Shown here piece by piece: positions 13,040 to 25,431 of a stretch of 64,000 bases of DNA. The translations under genes were made by a program, and so were the position numbers. The stretch comes from Octopus vulgaris (lineage: Eukaryota): NCBI GenBank assembly GCA_951406725.2, contig OX597815.1:189596001-189660000 (forward strand), given 5' to 3'. The notes beneath the pieces were generated by a model that saw only the letters and a program-made list of their open reading frames with translations, was not told the DNA's origin and did no database searches. Positions within the stretch are counted from its first letter, which is position 1. The number at the start of each line of letters is the position of its first letter.

Positions 13040-13342
13040 GTGGTTTGTTCCTTCTTGAGCCATGCCTGGCTCTTAGAGCCGGTTTCCCGGTTTTCTTAGC
13101 GTATAGGTTGCCCACCTAGACAGGATGCCGGTCCATCACAGGTGAGCTGCAAGATGCAGGAAGAAAGAGTGAGAGAAAGTTGCGGCAAAAGAGTCAACAG
13201 AAGTTCACCATTACCTTCATCCGGAGCCACATGGGGCTTAGGTGTTTCGCTCATAAACACACACATTGCCCAGTCTGAGATTCGAACCCGCAATCCCTTG
13301 ACTGTGAGTCCACTGCTCTAACCACTAGGCCATGTGCCTCCA
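13040..13342 (-). mobile_element. Family C SINE (tail type 2)
   Basis: Family C-like head at 13260-13342; tail matches 45425-45620. Confidence 0.7.
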
Positions 13343-13959
13343 AAGTATATGTGGTAGGTAAGATAAAAGTTTGACAAAAAATTCCCAGATGCTTGTATAG
13401 AAAGAAGAACTTGTCCAAGCTATTAATTTCTATTTTTTTGAAGTTTGTGTTACTTTGTTTTGAAGCGAATAATGGTGTATGGGTGGGGGGGAGAAAGTCA
13501 CTGCTCATGAAGTGATCCCTAAGGGTAGCCCAGCTGGAAGTCATTTAACTGATCACCATGATTCCAAAAAAAAAAAAAAAAAATAGGAAAAACCAGTCGA
13601 AAGTCACATAGAAATTGCAATGTAATTCCTACAGAGCATGCTAATTTAAATATTGGTGTTAACTTGACAACTGTTAAGAAATTACTAAGACACCAACTCT
13701 ACATCATGTCTCCTCCGATAAAAAAAAGAAAGTTGTAAATAAATAAATGAATAAATAAATAAAATGTATGACATGACATATAATTAAATTTCTAATATAG
13801 TTTTCTTTGTGATGAAAAAAATCATAAATAGTAAAATATTATTTTTACTAAATTTATAATTCAGTTTATGCCCTTAAAGATGAAAAGCAATTGCATAAGG
13901 GATTTTCGATTTTTTGCCATTCTTATTCAGGATATATGAAGAGATTGTCAATGCAGTTA

Positions 13960-14434
13960 CATTGTTGTTGTTGCTGTTGCTGTTGTTGTAGCTGCTGCTG
14001 CTGTTACTGTCTTCTCCTTCTTCTTCTCCTTCTTCTTCTTCTTCGTCTTCTTCTCCTTCCTCTTCTTCGTCTTCTACTTCCCCTTCTTCTCCTCCTCCTC
14101 CTCCTTCTTCTTCTTCTTCTTCTTTTTCTTCTTCTTCTTCTTCTTCTTCTTCTTCTTCTTCTTCTTCTTCTTCTTCTTCTTCTCCTTCTTCTTCTTCCTC
14201 CTCCTCCTCTTCTTCTTCTTCTTCTCCTTCTTCTTCTCCTTCTTCTCCTCCTTCTTCTTCTTCTTCTTCTCCTTCTTCTTCTTCCCCTTCTTCTTCTTCT
14301 TCTTCTTCTCCTTCTTCTTCTTTCCTTCTTCTTCTTCTTCTTCTTCTTCTTCTTCTTCTTCTTCTTCCCCTTCTTCCTCCTCCTTCTTCTTCTTCTTCTT
14401 CTTCTTCTTCTTCTTCTTCTTCTTCTTCTTCTTC
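13960..14434. repeat. ~430-bp (CTT/CCT)n homopyrimidine tract preceded by (GTT/GCT)n
   Basis: Visible directly; source of the poly-E, poly-L and poly-K ORFs. Confidence 0.95.
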
Positions 14435-14911
14435 CAATCAGGACTCACGCCATTAGCCACAAAAAATAATCTCTAATTCGAGCCTACTCTAAGCTACCAA
14501 GAATGCATGTGGCAACTTGAAGATCCACCCACCACATGTGATAGACTGCCGGTTGCACGGGTGCAAAAGCTACGTTGTTATCCTCATTCCATAAATGGTG
14601 GCTTTTAAAGGGTGGAGAGCTGAATCATCCTGGTGTACAGAGCATTCGCAATCTAGACTAGGGTCTGAAAGTTTACCACGCCATAATGGGTTACACCAGG
14701 GTTCCTCTGCTTTGTGGCAGAAATAGGATGAAAGAGTGAGAGAAAGTTGTGGTGAAAGAGTACAGCAGGGTTCATCACCCCACCGCCGGAGCCTCGTGGA
14801 GCTTAGGTGTTTTTGCTTAATAAACACTCACAATGCCCGGTCTGGGAATTGAAACTGCATTCTTACGACCATGAGTCCGCTGCCCTAACCACTGGGCCAT
14901 CGTACCTCCAC
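14435..14911 (-). mobile_element. Family C SINE (tail type 3) running into the (GAA)n tract
   Basis: Head and body (14720-14911) match 22965-23148; a different 3' module abuts the (GAA)n tract on the minus strand. Confidence 0.65.
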
Positions 14912-15184
14912 TGTGTTGTTGTTGTTTTGTGCTGTTTTTGTTGTCTAGTTTACCCCCAAATCAGTCCTAGTTAATCAGACTCACTCCATCTTTTTTTATA
15001 TTTTCAGGAATAGTATATCTTGGACTATAATATACTAAGTTACCAAAGTGGGAAAGTGTATTGGATAGAGTACCTTGCAGTATGTATTTGTTCTAGCTCT
15101 CTGCATCCGAAGTTCAAATTTTACCAATTTATCATTCCTTCTTTCAGAGTGTCCAAAAAACGTACTGGCCCTGTACTGAAGCTG

Positions 15185-15264
<80 letters not shown>

Positions 15265-15777
15265 CCTTTCTCTCATTTTTATGTATATGTATATATATGT
15301 ATATGTGTGTGTGTGAATGAGTGTGTGTGTATGTATGTATATGTAGACATACACACACACACATATATTTGTTATGTGACAGAAGCAGTATTAGTTCAAA
15401 ATAGCAATCAGTGCATCATGCTTAAAGCACGCACATCACTGAGAAACATTTTTCGCTGAACATTTTTCGCCTGTTACTGATATATTTTCTGTTTTTCTTT
15501 AACACTTTATGTCCATATGAGATGCCATAAGAGACAAATTCCTCTGTTTATCAAGCTTTCAATGGTGTATGTGCATATCTATCTATTTATCTAACTGTGT
15601 GTGCACACGTGTGTGTGTATGTAGAGTTCACTTAACCATATGGTTTTGGGTTTGGTAATAGGAAGGGGATCCATTTGGAAAATCCTCTCTCAATAAATTT
15701 CCATGCATCCTAAGCCAGTGTGGAAAATGAGACATGAAATGAATGAATAAACATAAAAATATATATGTAACTATATA

Positions 15778-16203
15778 CTCTTTACTCTTTCTCTTTTACT
15801 TGTTTCAGACAAGTGACTGTAGCCATGCTGGAGCATCACCTTTAGTCAAGCAAATAGACCCCAGGACTTATTCTTTGTAAGCCTAATACTTATTCTATTG
15901 GCCTCTTTTGCCAGCATCAGTTGTCAAGCGATGTTGGGGAGACAAAGACAAACACACAGACATATACACACACATACATTCCGGTCAGTTCAATATGTGG
16001 CTGCATGTATATCGTTGGCAATTTTTTTTTCCTCCATCTTCCCTTCATTGGATCTTTCCTTTTCCTATGTTTCTGACGAAGAGCTCCGCTCGAAACGTTA
16101 AATCTTCCTTCTTTCTTTCCTTTCCTGAGCGTCCAACAAAACTATACTTGTTCCACGTCCTCGTGTTGTTGTGTTTTCTCTTTGTGATTTCATGTTTAGA
16201 TTA

Positions 16204-16249
<46 letters not shown>

Positions 16250-16414
16250 TGCGACGGGTTTCTTTGAGTTTCCATCAACCAAATCCACTCACCAAGCTTT
16301 GGTCAGCCTGAGGCTATAGTAGAAGACACTTGCCCAAGGTGTCACACAGTGGGACTGAACCCGGAACCATGTGGTTGGTAAGCAAGCCACTTACCACACA
16401 GCCACTCCTATGCC
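15778..16414 (-). mobile_element. Family A tRNA/CORE-like SINE interrupted by a hammerhead-bearing fragment (15981-16205)
   Basis: Family A head and tail in reverse orientation, with foreign sequence inside the internal microsatellite. Confidence 0.8.
16069..16103 (+). ncRNA. Minimal type I hammerhead ribozyme motif (Penelope-type)
   Basis: GTTT-CTGACGA-A-GAGC TCC GCTC-GAAAC-GTT-AAAT. Core boxes intact, 4-bp stem II, palindromic AACGTT stem III, GUU triplet, weak stem I. Confidence 0.65.
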
Positions 16415-16879
16415 TATGTAAAAAAATTCTATCTTTTGAATGGTGGTGGATAAAAGAATATGCCATAGGAACTACAGTAAACATAGAAATACAAAGATCA
16501 AAAAATGTGGCAAATAATTTGATCAATGTATATTGTTGCAGTAATTACCTATGTCGGAAATATACATTAAGCTGTCACTATTCTGACATTAATCTGCTCA
16601 CATTGAAATTTCAAAACTTTTAAGTCTTTTTCACCTATTCTTTCATTAATTACACAGTAGTATAACCAGTTTTGAACCTACAGTTGCTAATATGTTGACG
16701 TTAAGGTTACTGCTTGCTTACTGATGGAGAAACAAAATATATCTGTGATATCAATTATCTTCCAGAAATTTTAAGGGTGTAAGGTGAAATGGTTACTAGC
16801 AAGAATCAAAAAGTTACAGACTTAACTTATAAAGTGTCCACCATTTTCCTTAATTGCTTTGATTGCTTAAATTACTATA

Positions 16880-17485
16880 GACAGGAGTGGCTGTGTGGTA
16901 AGTAGCTAGCTTACCAACCACATGGTTCTGGGTTCAGTCCCATTGCATGGCACCTTGGGTAAGTGTCTTCTACCATAGCCTCGGGTCCACCAAAGCCTTG
17001 TGAGTGGATTTGGTAGATGGAAACTGAAAGAAACCCGTCGTATATATGTGTATGTGACTGTGTGGTAAGTAGCTTGCTTACCAACCATATGGTTCCGGGT
17101 TCAGTTCCACTGCGTGGCATCTTGGGCAAGTGTCTTCTGCTATAGCCCCGGGCCGACCAATGCCTTGTGAGTGGATTTGGTAGACGGAAACTGAAAGAAG
17201 CCTGTCGTATATATATATATATATATATATATATGGGTGTGTTTGTGTGTCTGTGTTTGTCCCCCTAGCATTGCTTGACAACTGATGCTGGTTTGTTTAC
17301 GTCCCTGTCACTTAGCAGCTCGGCAAGAGAGACCAATAGAATAAGTACTAGGCTTACAAAGAACAAGTCCTGGGATCGATTTGCTCGACTAAAGGCAGTG
17401 CTCCAGCATGGCCACAGTCAAATGACTGAAACAAATAAAAGAAAAGAAAGAAAAAGAAAGAGAAAGAAAAAGAAAAAGAAAGAAA
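16880..17485 (+). mobile_element. Family A SINE: partial copy followed by a near-full copy
   Basis: Head GGAGTGGCTGTGTGGTAAG, B-box GGTTCAGTCC, CORE-like CCTTGGGCAAGTG, internal (TA)n(TG)n, tail GTGCTCCAGCATGGCCACAGTCAAATGACTGAAAC plus A-rich repeats. Confidence 0.9.
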
Positions 17486-17509
17486 TCGATATTCTTCTCT
17501 GCTCTTCAG

Positions 17510-17582
17510 GATTCATGAGAAAAATTTTCAGCAAACAATAACAATAGAAATGAAAGTAACATTAGAGCTATTTACCAAGCTG
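17510..17582 (+). CDS. Candidate internal coding exon (IHEKNFQQTITIEMKVTLELFTKL) of a host gene
   Basis: Strong acceptor TTCTTCTCTGCTCTTCAG, open frame, donor CTG|GTGTGT in phase with the exon at 21636; an alternative donor A|GTAAGG lies near 17596. Confidence 0.4.
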
Positions 17583-18777
17583 GTGTGTATTTCCAGTAAG
17601 GTGTACCAATTTACTTATACAAAGTAGGTTATTAAGAGGTATGTCTCTTTGAAAGGGACAAAGCATACAAAATTAGTGACATGATATGGTTAATTAACAC
17701 CGTCAGAGCTTGACGAGAATTCCATGCTGAATATTTTTTTTTTTTTCATATTAAAATGAAAATCTGTGAAACACATATTGGCAGAGAGCTGTATTTCTGT
17801 TAAAGTTGAGAATGATGATGGAAATAATCAAGATGATTAATTAGCCTGAAAATGGCTGGAGCTGAAATTTAATGACTCCAGTGATTATCATTTAATTATT
17901 TACACTGCATTCAGTATTTCAGTGGCTTTATAAATTAGCTAATTGTAAAGCTGTTGGGAATGTTGCTAATCTGGTGAGCAAAATGACATTTAACACATGA
18001 TTTTAAGCCTAAATTCCTTATTGGTCCATAGCCTGCCTTTTCGTGTATTTTACACTTTCGGTGATTCATTTATGTTTGGTTATCTGAACCATACTAAATA
18101 ACTAAAAAAATTGTTAAACAAAGAAGTCAGAAGATTACTGAAAAGAAGATTACTGCTTCTGCAGTATATATACTAAAATTGGATGCGCAAGGATGACTCG
18201 CAAATTCGTGAAGCATTCCATATTTTCTAAATTACGGCGGTGCTCCAGCATGGCCACAGTCAAATGATTGAAACAAGTAAAAGAGTAAAAGAGAGTAATT
18301 ATAAAAAATTAATATTCCTATTAGTACCAAAAAGTACTAATAAAACTATAATAATTGTGCAATGTGGTCTTTGGTAGAAGTGATTCTATGGAATATCTTT
18401 AGTTACCTATAAGCAATTGGACAGCAAATTCCATGTCCCAATTTTTCTAAAGAATATTAAGCACAATAAAGGAAAGCAAGAATTCTCAGGACAAAATTGA
18501 TTTTTCTTTGCTTCTTTATACTCCCATGGGTTGGAAACCAAAAAGATATCCCAGCTGGAACTTCTTATTTTTTATTTCTTTTCTTTTTCTGGATTAAACC
18601 ATCTTAAACTTAAATTTGATAATCTAGGTGGATTGTTACTATGTAGTCTCATATATGCATAACTTTCTGAAATTAATATCTTAATACTTGTGCTCTAAAA
18701 TATGCCAGAAATGGTAATAATGCCATTATTAATAATGCAATGATTCTGTCAGTTCACCACCTTTTTGCTGTGACTAA

Positions 18778-19175
18778 TATTTATTTCTTTGGAAGGAACA
18801 AACAAGGACAGACAAAAGGATTAAGGCGATTACATCGATCCTAGTGCATAACTGGTACTTATTTAACCGACCCCGAAAGGATGAAAGGCAAAGTCGACCT
18901 TGGCGGAATTTGAACTCAGCATGTAGCGGCAGCTGAAATACCTATTTCTTTACTGCCCACAAGGGGCTAAACACAGAGAGCACAAACAAGGACAGACAAA
19001 TGGATTAAGTCAATTATATCGACCCCAGTGCAAAACTGGTACTCTTTTTAATCGACCCCGAAAGGATGAAAGGCAAAGTTGACCACGGTGGAATTTGAAC
19101 TCAGAACATAACGGCAGCTGAAATACTGCTAAGCATTTCACCAGGTATGCTAACAATTCTGCCAGCTTGCTGCCC
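18778..19175 (-). mobile_element. Family D SINE dimer (one head, two bodies)
   Basis: Two tandem bodies joined at GAAATACCTATTTC. Confidence 0.85.
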
Positions 19176-20599
19176 TTACTGTGACTAATATTACAAACAA
19201 AATTATAACAGGAGTCATATGTTTAGCTCCAAAAACTATTTGCTACTAACGAGTATGTCAGATAGCTTTAATGACATTCCAACTCCATAACTTCAGCATA
19301 TTACTTTGGAGGATTACTGCTTGCTGATACTGTTGTTCAGTGTAATTTCTTCATTATAATGCATGCAGCTTAGCTTTCCAATTAATAGTAATTACATTTT
19401 ATAGATTTCATATTTGTAGTCGGCTTTTGAGATGAAATCTTCTGAGAATTGTGACTATAATATTCATGTTAGCACAAATATCAAGGACAAAAATATTGAG
19501 AATTTATAATTAGATATTTCTTGTTATTTTGAACAATATAGATTAAGAATATATAGAAATAAGCAAAGAGAAAATATAATTTTGAATATGTGTATTTCTA
19601 TGATTTTTTTCAATGATTTTTCTATGGATCTTTAGATTGCATTCATCCAGACTTCCACAATGAATAGCAGTTCACATATCTAAGCAAGAATCAAAATTCA
19701 AATTTTAATTTAGTTAGTCTAATTTATTTATTATTGCTATCATCCAAGTTATATTTAAAAAAATGGAAATTAATTAAAAAATATATAGCAAAAATGCAAT
19801 AATCTGTAACATTATCTTCATGTCTTTTGGTTTTAAAAGCATGTGATATCATACAAAAAAACATAGAACTAAGCTTTTATTTTCATTTTTGGATACTATT
19901 TCAAGAGATTTGCTTGCATTTTATTTTTTTTGTTTTTTGAAAACAAGATTTTTATAAAAATAAAACATTATTCTGTAACTTCTTTTAAATATTTAATTTT
20001 AACAAGAAATTGGAGTTTTGTGTTAAAATCAAAATCTATACAACATATTTTAAAAGGAGATGCCTAAAGCTACATATCAAGAAAATGATTTGAAAAATAT
20101 TAAATTTTGTAACTTAATTGTTGCTGCAGTATTTTATTAGTCACTGTTTACTGTAAATACTTTGTTAAAATGTATTCTGTTTATTGAGTCAATTAGTGAA
20201 AGTTCAAATTACAAGCCAACAAATTTTAACTTTCGGAAGACACTAATCTACATCATGATTGATAAGATTGTTTATGTCTAGAAGCAGAACTGGCTTCAAT
20301 TTTTACATTCTGAACTGAAAAAAAATAGTTTCAACATTATTGCTGGGTATAGGATTAATTAAGCAGATCATATCCAGGGTATTTTAATATATGGTTCAAT
20401 ATGATAAGCAAGAATCTGATTGATTTTTATCTACAATATTTTTATAGGACTACATCTAACCCAAAACTATTAAGGATTATAAAAGACCGAGACCTCTAGA
20501 CTGTGAAGACCTGACAAATAAAGTGAGTTCATGGCTGTATCCTACACCAGTTTTGCATAACCAGCCCCAGCATATTCAAAAGTACCTTGGATCGTAGGA

Positions 20600-21040
20600 C
20601 AGCCTGCTGTTCTTACCTTGGACTATAGGGTGACCTGCTGTGCTTGAGGAAACCTATTGAGTCAAGTACATCAACATCAAAATAAAAATCAAATGGAGAT
20701 TGTAGTCGTGATCCCATGCCAGTGGCTCATAAAAAGCACCATCCAAACATGGCTGATGCCAACACCGCCATGACTGGCTTCTGTGCCAGTGGCATGCAAA
20801 AAAGCACCAACCAATCATGGCCGTTGCCAACCTCCTCTGGTCCCTGTGCCGGTGGCATGTAAAAAGCATCCACTACACTCATGGAGTGGTTAGCGTTAAG
20901 AAGGGCATCCAGCTGTAGAAACACTGCCAGATCAGACTGGAGCCTGGTGCAGCCTCCTAGCTTCCCAGACCCTGGTCGAACCGTCCAACCCATACTAGCG
21001 TGGAAAACAGATTTAAACGATGATGGTAATGATGATGAAA
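20600..21040 (+). mobile_element. Family B retroposon
   Basis: Upstream segment shared with 720-830, internal units, family tail. Confidence 0.8.
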
Positions 21041-21113
21041 AGAAGATCAGGGAATAAGTAGAAATTTAAATCACTTCAACAGCAAAAAGGAATATGTTTC
21101 CATAGATAATATA

Positions 21114-21532
21114 GGCATAGGAGTGGCTGTGTGGTAAGTAGCTTGCTTACAAACCACATGGTTCTTGGTTCAGTTCCACTGCATGGCACCTTAGGCAAGT
21201 GTCATCTACTATAGCCTCGGTCTAACCAAAGCCTTGTGAGTGGATTTGGTAGATGGAAACTGAAAGAAGCCCGTCGTATATATGCATATATATATGTATG
21301 TGTGTGTATATGTTTGTGTGTCTGTCCCACCAACATCGCTTGACAACCAATGCTGGTGTGTTTACATCCCCGTAACTTAGCGGTTCGGCAAAAGAGACCG
21401 ATAGAATAAGTACTAAGCTTACAAAGAATAAGTCCAGGGGTCAATTTGCTCAACTAAAGGCAGCGCTCCAGCATGGCTACAGTCAAATGACTGAAACAAG
21501 CAAAAGAGTAAAAGAGAGTAAAGGGTATAAAA
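21114..21532 (+). mobile_element. Family A SINE, full length
   Basis: Same head, CORE-like block and tail as other family A copies. Confidence 0.9.
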
Positions 21533-21635
21533 GAATGTATGAAACAACAGGTTATTAATAAATAAAGAATATTTGTGTGAGGAGATATTAATGATCTTTC
21601 TGATTAATTTAACTTGTGTTTCTTCGTTAAATCAG

Positions 21636-21689
21636 GTTTCAACAGTTGAATCAATTGAACATGCTATAACAAGCATCATTAAAAGATAA
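21636..21689 (+). CDS. Candidate terminal coding exon (VSTVESIEHAITSIIKR*)
   Basis: Acceptor TTTCTTCGTTAAATCAG, amphipathic-helix-like peptide, TAA stop, AATAAA near 21929 and 21982. Joined to 17510-17582 it resembles a COMM-domain C-terminus (inference). Confidence 0.4.
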   Translation, partial: VSTVESIEHAITSIIKR

Positions 21690-22554
21690 ATTGTAAACAA
21701 TTCTGGTTGAAGAAACGCAGTGCCGTGTAGATAAATGCCAGCCCAGCTTATTTTCAAACATCCTTCTATACAATATTCGCAAAAGTAACCAGTTTGTATG
21801 GCATTCATCACTATGTTAGCAAAAATACAACCACACTAAATTAAGTGTATTTACATTCTCATTTATGTCTATATATATTGATTATATCAAGATTTGTTTA
21901 AATTTAATTAAATAACATCTGAGAAAGCAATAAAATGATGTTCTAATTGTATGTTAACAAAACTTCAAATTAGTCGACAGAAATAAAACATGAGTTTACT
22001 TTTGAAATAATATATAAAAAATAATATGTACATTTTTATGTTCCTATAGTGTTACAAAATTTATATTGTATATATATTACCCATACGTATTACAGACATA
22101 ATATATATATATACTTACACACAAATACGCATACATGCAATGCACATATTGCATACATATATTTCAGGCAAGTGGTGATGTACTAAATGATGTACAGAAA
22201 ACATTTTTATTCAATTGAAATTTATATTTTCATTAGTGAAAGAAAGACAAAATCTTGTGACAATTGCTAGTGACTCTTAAAGAAAAAGGGGAGATAATTT
22301 CAAAGCCTTAAGAATTAACTACACAGAAAATAATTAGGGAAAAATCATATCATTCTTAGCTGGAATGGTAAAAGATCCAAATATGTTTCAAACTCATTAG
22401 ATTTCATCAGCGGAATATATTCATTTCAAATTAAGCAGACAATTAGACAAAACTTTTTCAGAAGTAGGAAAACAGTTAAAAATATTTCGGGTTGTAAAAA
22501 TTGACATAATTGCAGAGAATGAGCCAAAAGTAATAATGTAAGGTGGCAGTAAGA

Positions 22555-22760
22555 GATTTGCCAATGTTTGGAATGAGATGCAACAACTTCAAATCTGTCT
22601 TCACCATTTCGTCCCAAGTTTTCCCCAGTCTGCCTTCACTGCAGGTTCCATTTACTTTCAGTTCATGGCACTTCATTATGCAGCTATATTACATGCTTGT
22701 ATTAATGCATTCTCTCCTTGTTTGCCCAATGTATGTGATTCCTCTTATCTTCAGTTTTAC
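22555..22760 (-). mobile_element. RTE LINE C-terminal fragment
   Basis: KCHELKVNGTCSEGRLGKTWDEMVKTDLKLL matches the RTE V.G.R.RGRP.KTW...V..DL motif. Confidence 0.65.
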
Positions 22761-22809
22761 TTTCAGCTCATTTGCATTCCATTATTCATATACGTAATAA
22801 TATTGGATG

Positions 22810-23148
22810 GATGGAAGCACTCCGATCAACGGAACAGCCTGCTCGTGAAATTAACGTGTAAGTGGCTGAGCACTCCACAGATACGTGTACCCTTAACGTA
22901 GTTCTCGGGGATATTCAGCATGACACAGAGAGTGACAAGGCCGGCCCTTTGAAATACAGGTACAACAGAAACAGGAAGTAAGAGTGAGAGAAAGTTGTGG
23001 TGAAAGAGTACAGCAGGGTTCACCACCATCCCCTGCCGGAGCCTCGTGGAGCTTTAGGTGTTTTCGCTCAATAAACACTCACAACGCCCAGTCTGGGAAT
23101 CGAAACCGCGAGTCCGCTGCCCTAACCACTGGGCCATTGCGCCTCCAC
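22810..23148 (-). mobile_element. Family C SINE (tail type 1)
   Basis: Minus-strand head TGGAGGCGCAATGGCCCAGTGGTTAGGGCAGCGGACTCGCGGTTTCGATTCCC with A and B boxes. Confidence 0.8.
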
Positions 23149-23604
23149 TCACGTAATAATATTACACACCCAGGGAAGCATGTTTCCACCATTTCTAGTT
23201 TTCACATGCAGCACTGGTTTGTACAAAAGTATCTTACAAATTTGTCCTTCACTGGGGGGAAAAGGTCTTTTGTTAAAAGCTCTCCCCTTTTCCCAGCCAG
23301 TTTTCATTCTTTGGCTACAATGCTTTCAGAAACTCTTTCCTACTGCTGGATAACAGAAACTATTGACTATTCTTTGAGAGCCATCTGAGGAATCAAGTAA
23401 GAGTGAAATTCTGTTTTCCATGTGCTCTTATTAATTATCTCCCTTAACACTTGTTATATTGAAGCCCACCTTCTCTGTTAGCCAGTCTATGATCCTGTGA
23501 TCCCACTACACCTCTTGTGATCCTATGACATTTATATAGAACTCCTGCAGATTCCTTTACTACATATTGAGCATGGCCATTTTCTTGACAGGATCCTGTC
23601 TTCT

Positions 23605-23830
23605 TTCATCATCATCATCATCATCATCACTTAATGTCTGTTTTCCATGCTGGCATGGGTTGGATGGTTTGACTGAAAACTGGTAAGCCGGAGAGCAGCA
23701 CCAGGTTCCAATCTGATTTGGTATGATTTCTATGGCTGGACACCCTTCCTAACATCAACCACTCGCAGAGTGTAGCAGGTGCTTTTTACATGCCACTAGC
23801 ATGGGCGTCATTGATGTGAGACTGGCATTA
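23605..23830 (-). mobile_element. Family B retroposon
   Basis: Diverged family tail with (CAT)n on the plus strand. Confidence 0.7.
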
Positions 23831-24328
23831 ACTACAACTATTTACTAATTCTTTATTCTTCACCATATTTCCTCAGAAGTCTCCCAATTCTATATTGTTT
23901 TTGTTTTTTTTTCATATCTGAATTCTCTCTTCTAATTCAACAGATTCAGCTATAAAAAGTAAGTTATAAGCATTTAGGAGTTCTTACAGTCAACTGATTT
24001 TAAACTCCATTGATTTTTCTTTGGGGAACTATAAAGAAGAAAATAGTTACTGAACCCTTATACACCCCTATTTTCATTCTGGATTCATTGCTATTCTCAT
24101 TGTTAAACCTTATGCTGTTCACTTAGCTCTCTACATGGCTTTTACAGCTCTCACAAGCTAGTTATCTACCACTAATTTTCTCATTCATTACCTGATCGTA
24201 GAGTGTATAAACCTCAGTAATCTGGAGGTAACCCCAAAAGCATGAAACATGTATAATATAGATAACTCTATGGATATACATGTTATCTATCATATCCCTG
24301 TTTCAGGTACTCTAAATTATGCTGTGTT

Positions 24329-24370
<42 letters not shown>

Positions 24371-24379
24371 ATATGTATA

Positions 24380-24703
24380 GGAACACTCCGTTGGTTGTGA
24401 CGACGAGGGTCCCAGCTGATACGATCAATGGAACAGCTTGCTCATAAAATTATTATACAAGTGACTGAGCAATCCACAGACACGTGTACCCCTAACGTAG
24501 TTCTCAGGGAGATTCAGCGTGAAACAGGATGTGACAAAGCCAGCCCTTTGAAATACAGGTACAACTCATTTTTACCAGCTGAGTGAACTGGAGCAACAGG
24601 AAATAAAGTGTCTTGCTCAAGGACACAATGTGTCGCCAGGAATTGAAATCACGACCTTACAATTGCGAGTTGAATGCCCTAACCACTAAGCCATGGGTCT
24701 TCA
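24380..24703 (-). mobile_element. SINE with family C tail type 1 and a different middle segment
   Basis: 24380-24562 matches 4720-4905; the middle matches 12690-12745 instead. Confidence 0.7.
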
Positions 24704-25224
24704 CTTTATTTGTCGGGTCTTTGCAGTCACAGCATATCTCCAGAGGTCTGACTTGGGATGGAGTACAGCAGCATCATGTAACTGAAAATATATACATGCA
24801 TAATTGCTTAAGTAATAAATTATGCAATTTTGGTATGAAAAATGGTCGCAGAACTGCTGCAAGTTATTTTGGACAGCTTCCAATTGACAAAATAGTATAT
24901 GATTTGTGAAAACAAGAAGAACAAGTTCAGCAAACAGGGAAATCACAGAACAATGTTTGCACAAAAACAGCTAAATGAGTGGAACTGGAAGAGAAGTGGA
25001 ATGCTTGAGTTGCCAATCAAGGGAACCAAGCTCTAATAAAAAAAAAAGTGTTTTTGGAAGGTAAAGTAAGGGCAATCGCAAAGGGATGAAATAATTTTTC
25101 TGTTACAAAAACCTGGTGTTACAGATTTATGCTAAATTAGTTGTACGGAATTTAATAAAATATATGTGGAATATGTTAACAAAATATTTGAGTTTCACAG
25201 TTATTATAAACAACAGAAAAAGAA

Positions 25225-25396
25225 GACATTATTTACATTTGACGGATATTTGTCCTCATCTTGTTTGTTGTTAACACAACGTTTCGGCTAATATACCCTC
25301 CAGACTTCATCAGGTGTCTTGGGGAAATTTTAAACCTGGGTTCTCATTCCTAAGGTATTTTTCGATGTTGTTGTTGTTGTTGTTATTATTATTATA

Positions 25397-25431
<35 letters not shown>

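Noticed and set aside
13874-14469. Long poly-E/poly-L/poly-K ORFs, and similar YI/CV/HT/poly-H ORFs across the window
   Set aside because: They are translations of microsatellites, open in several frames, with no other coding signal.
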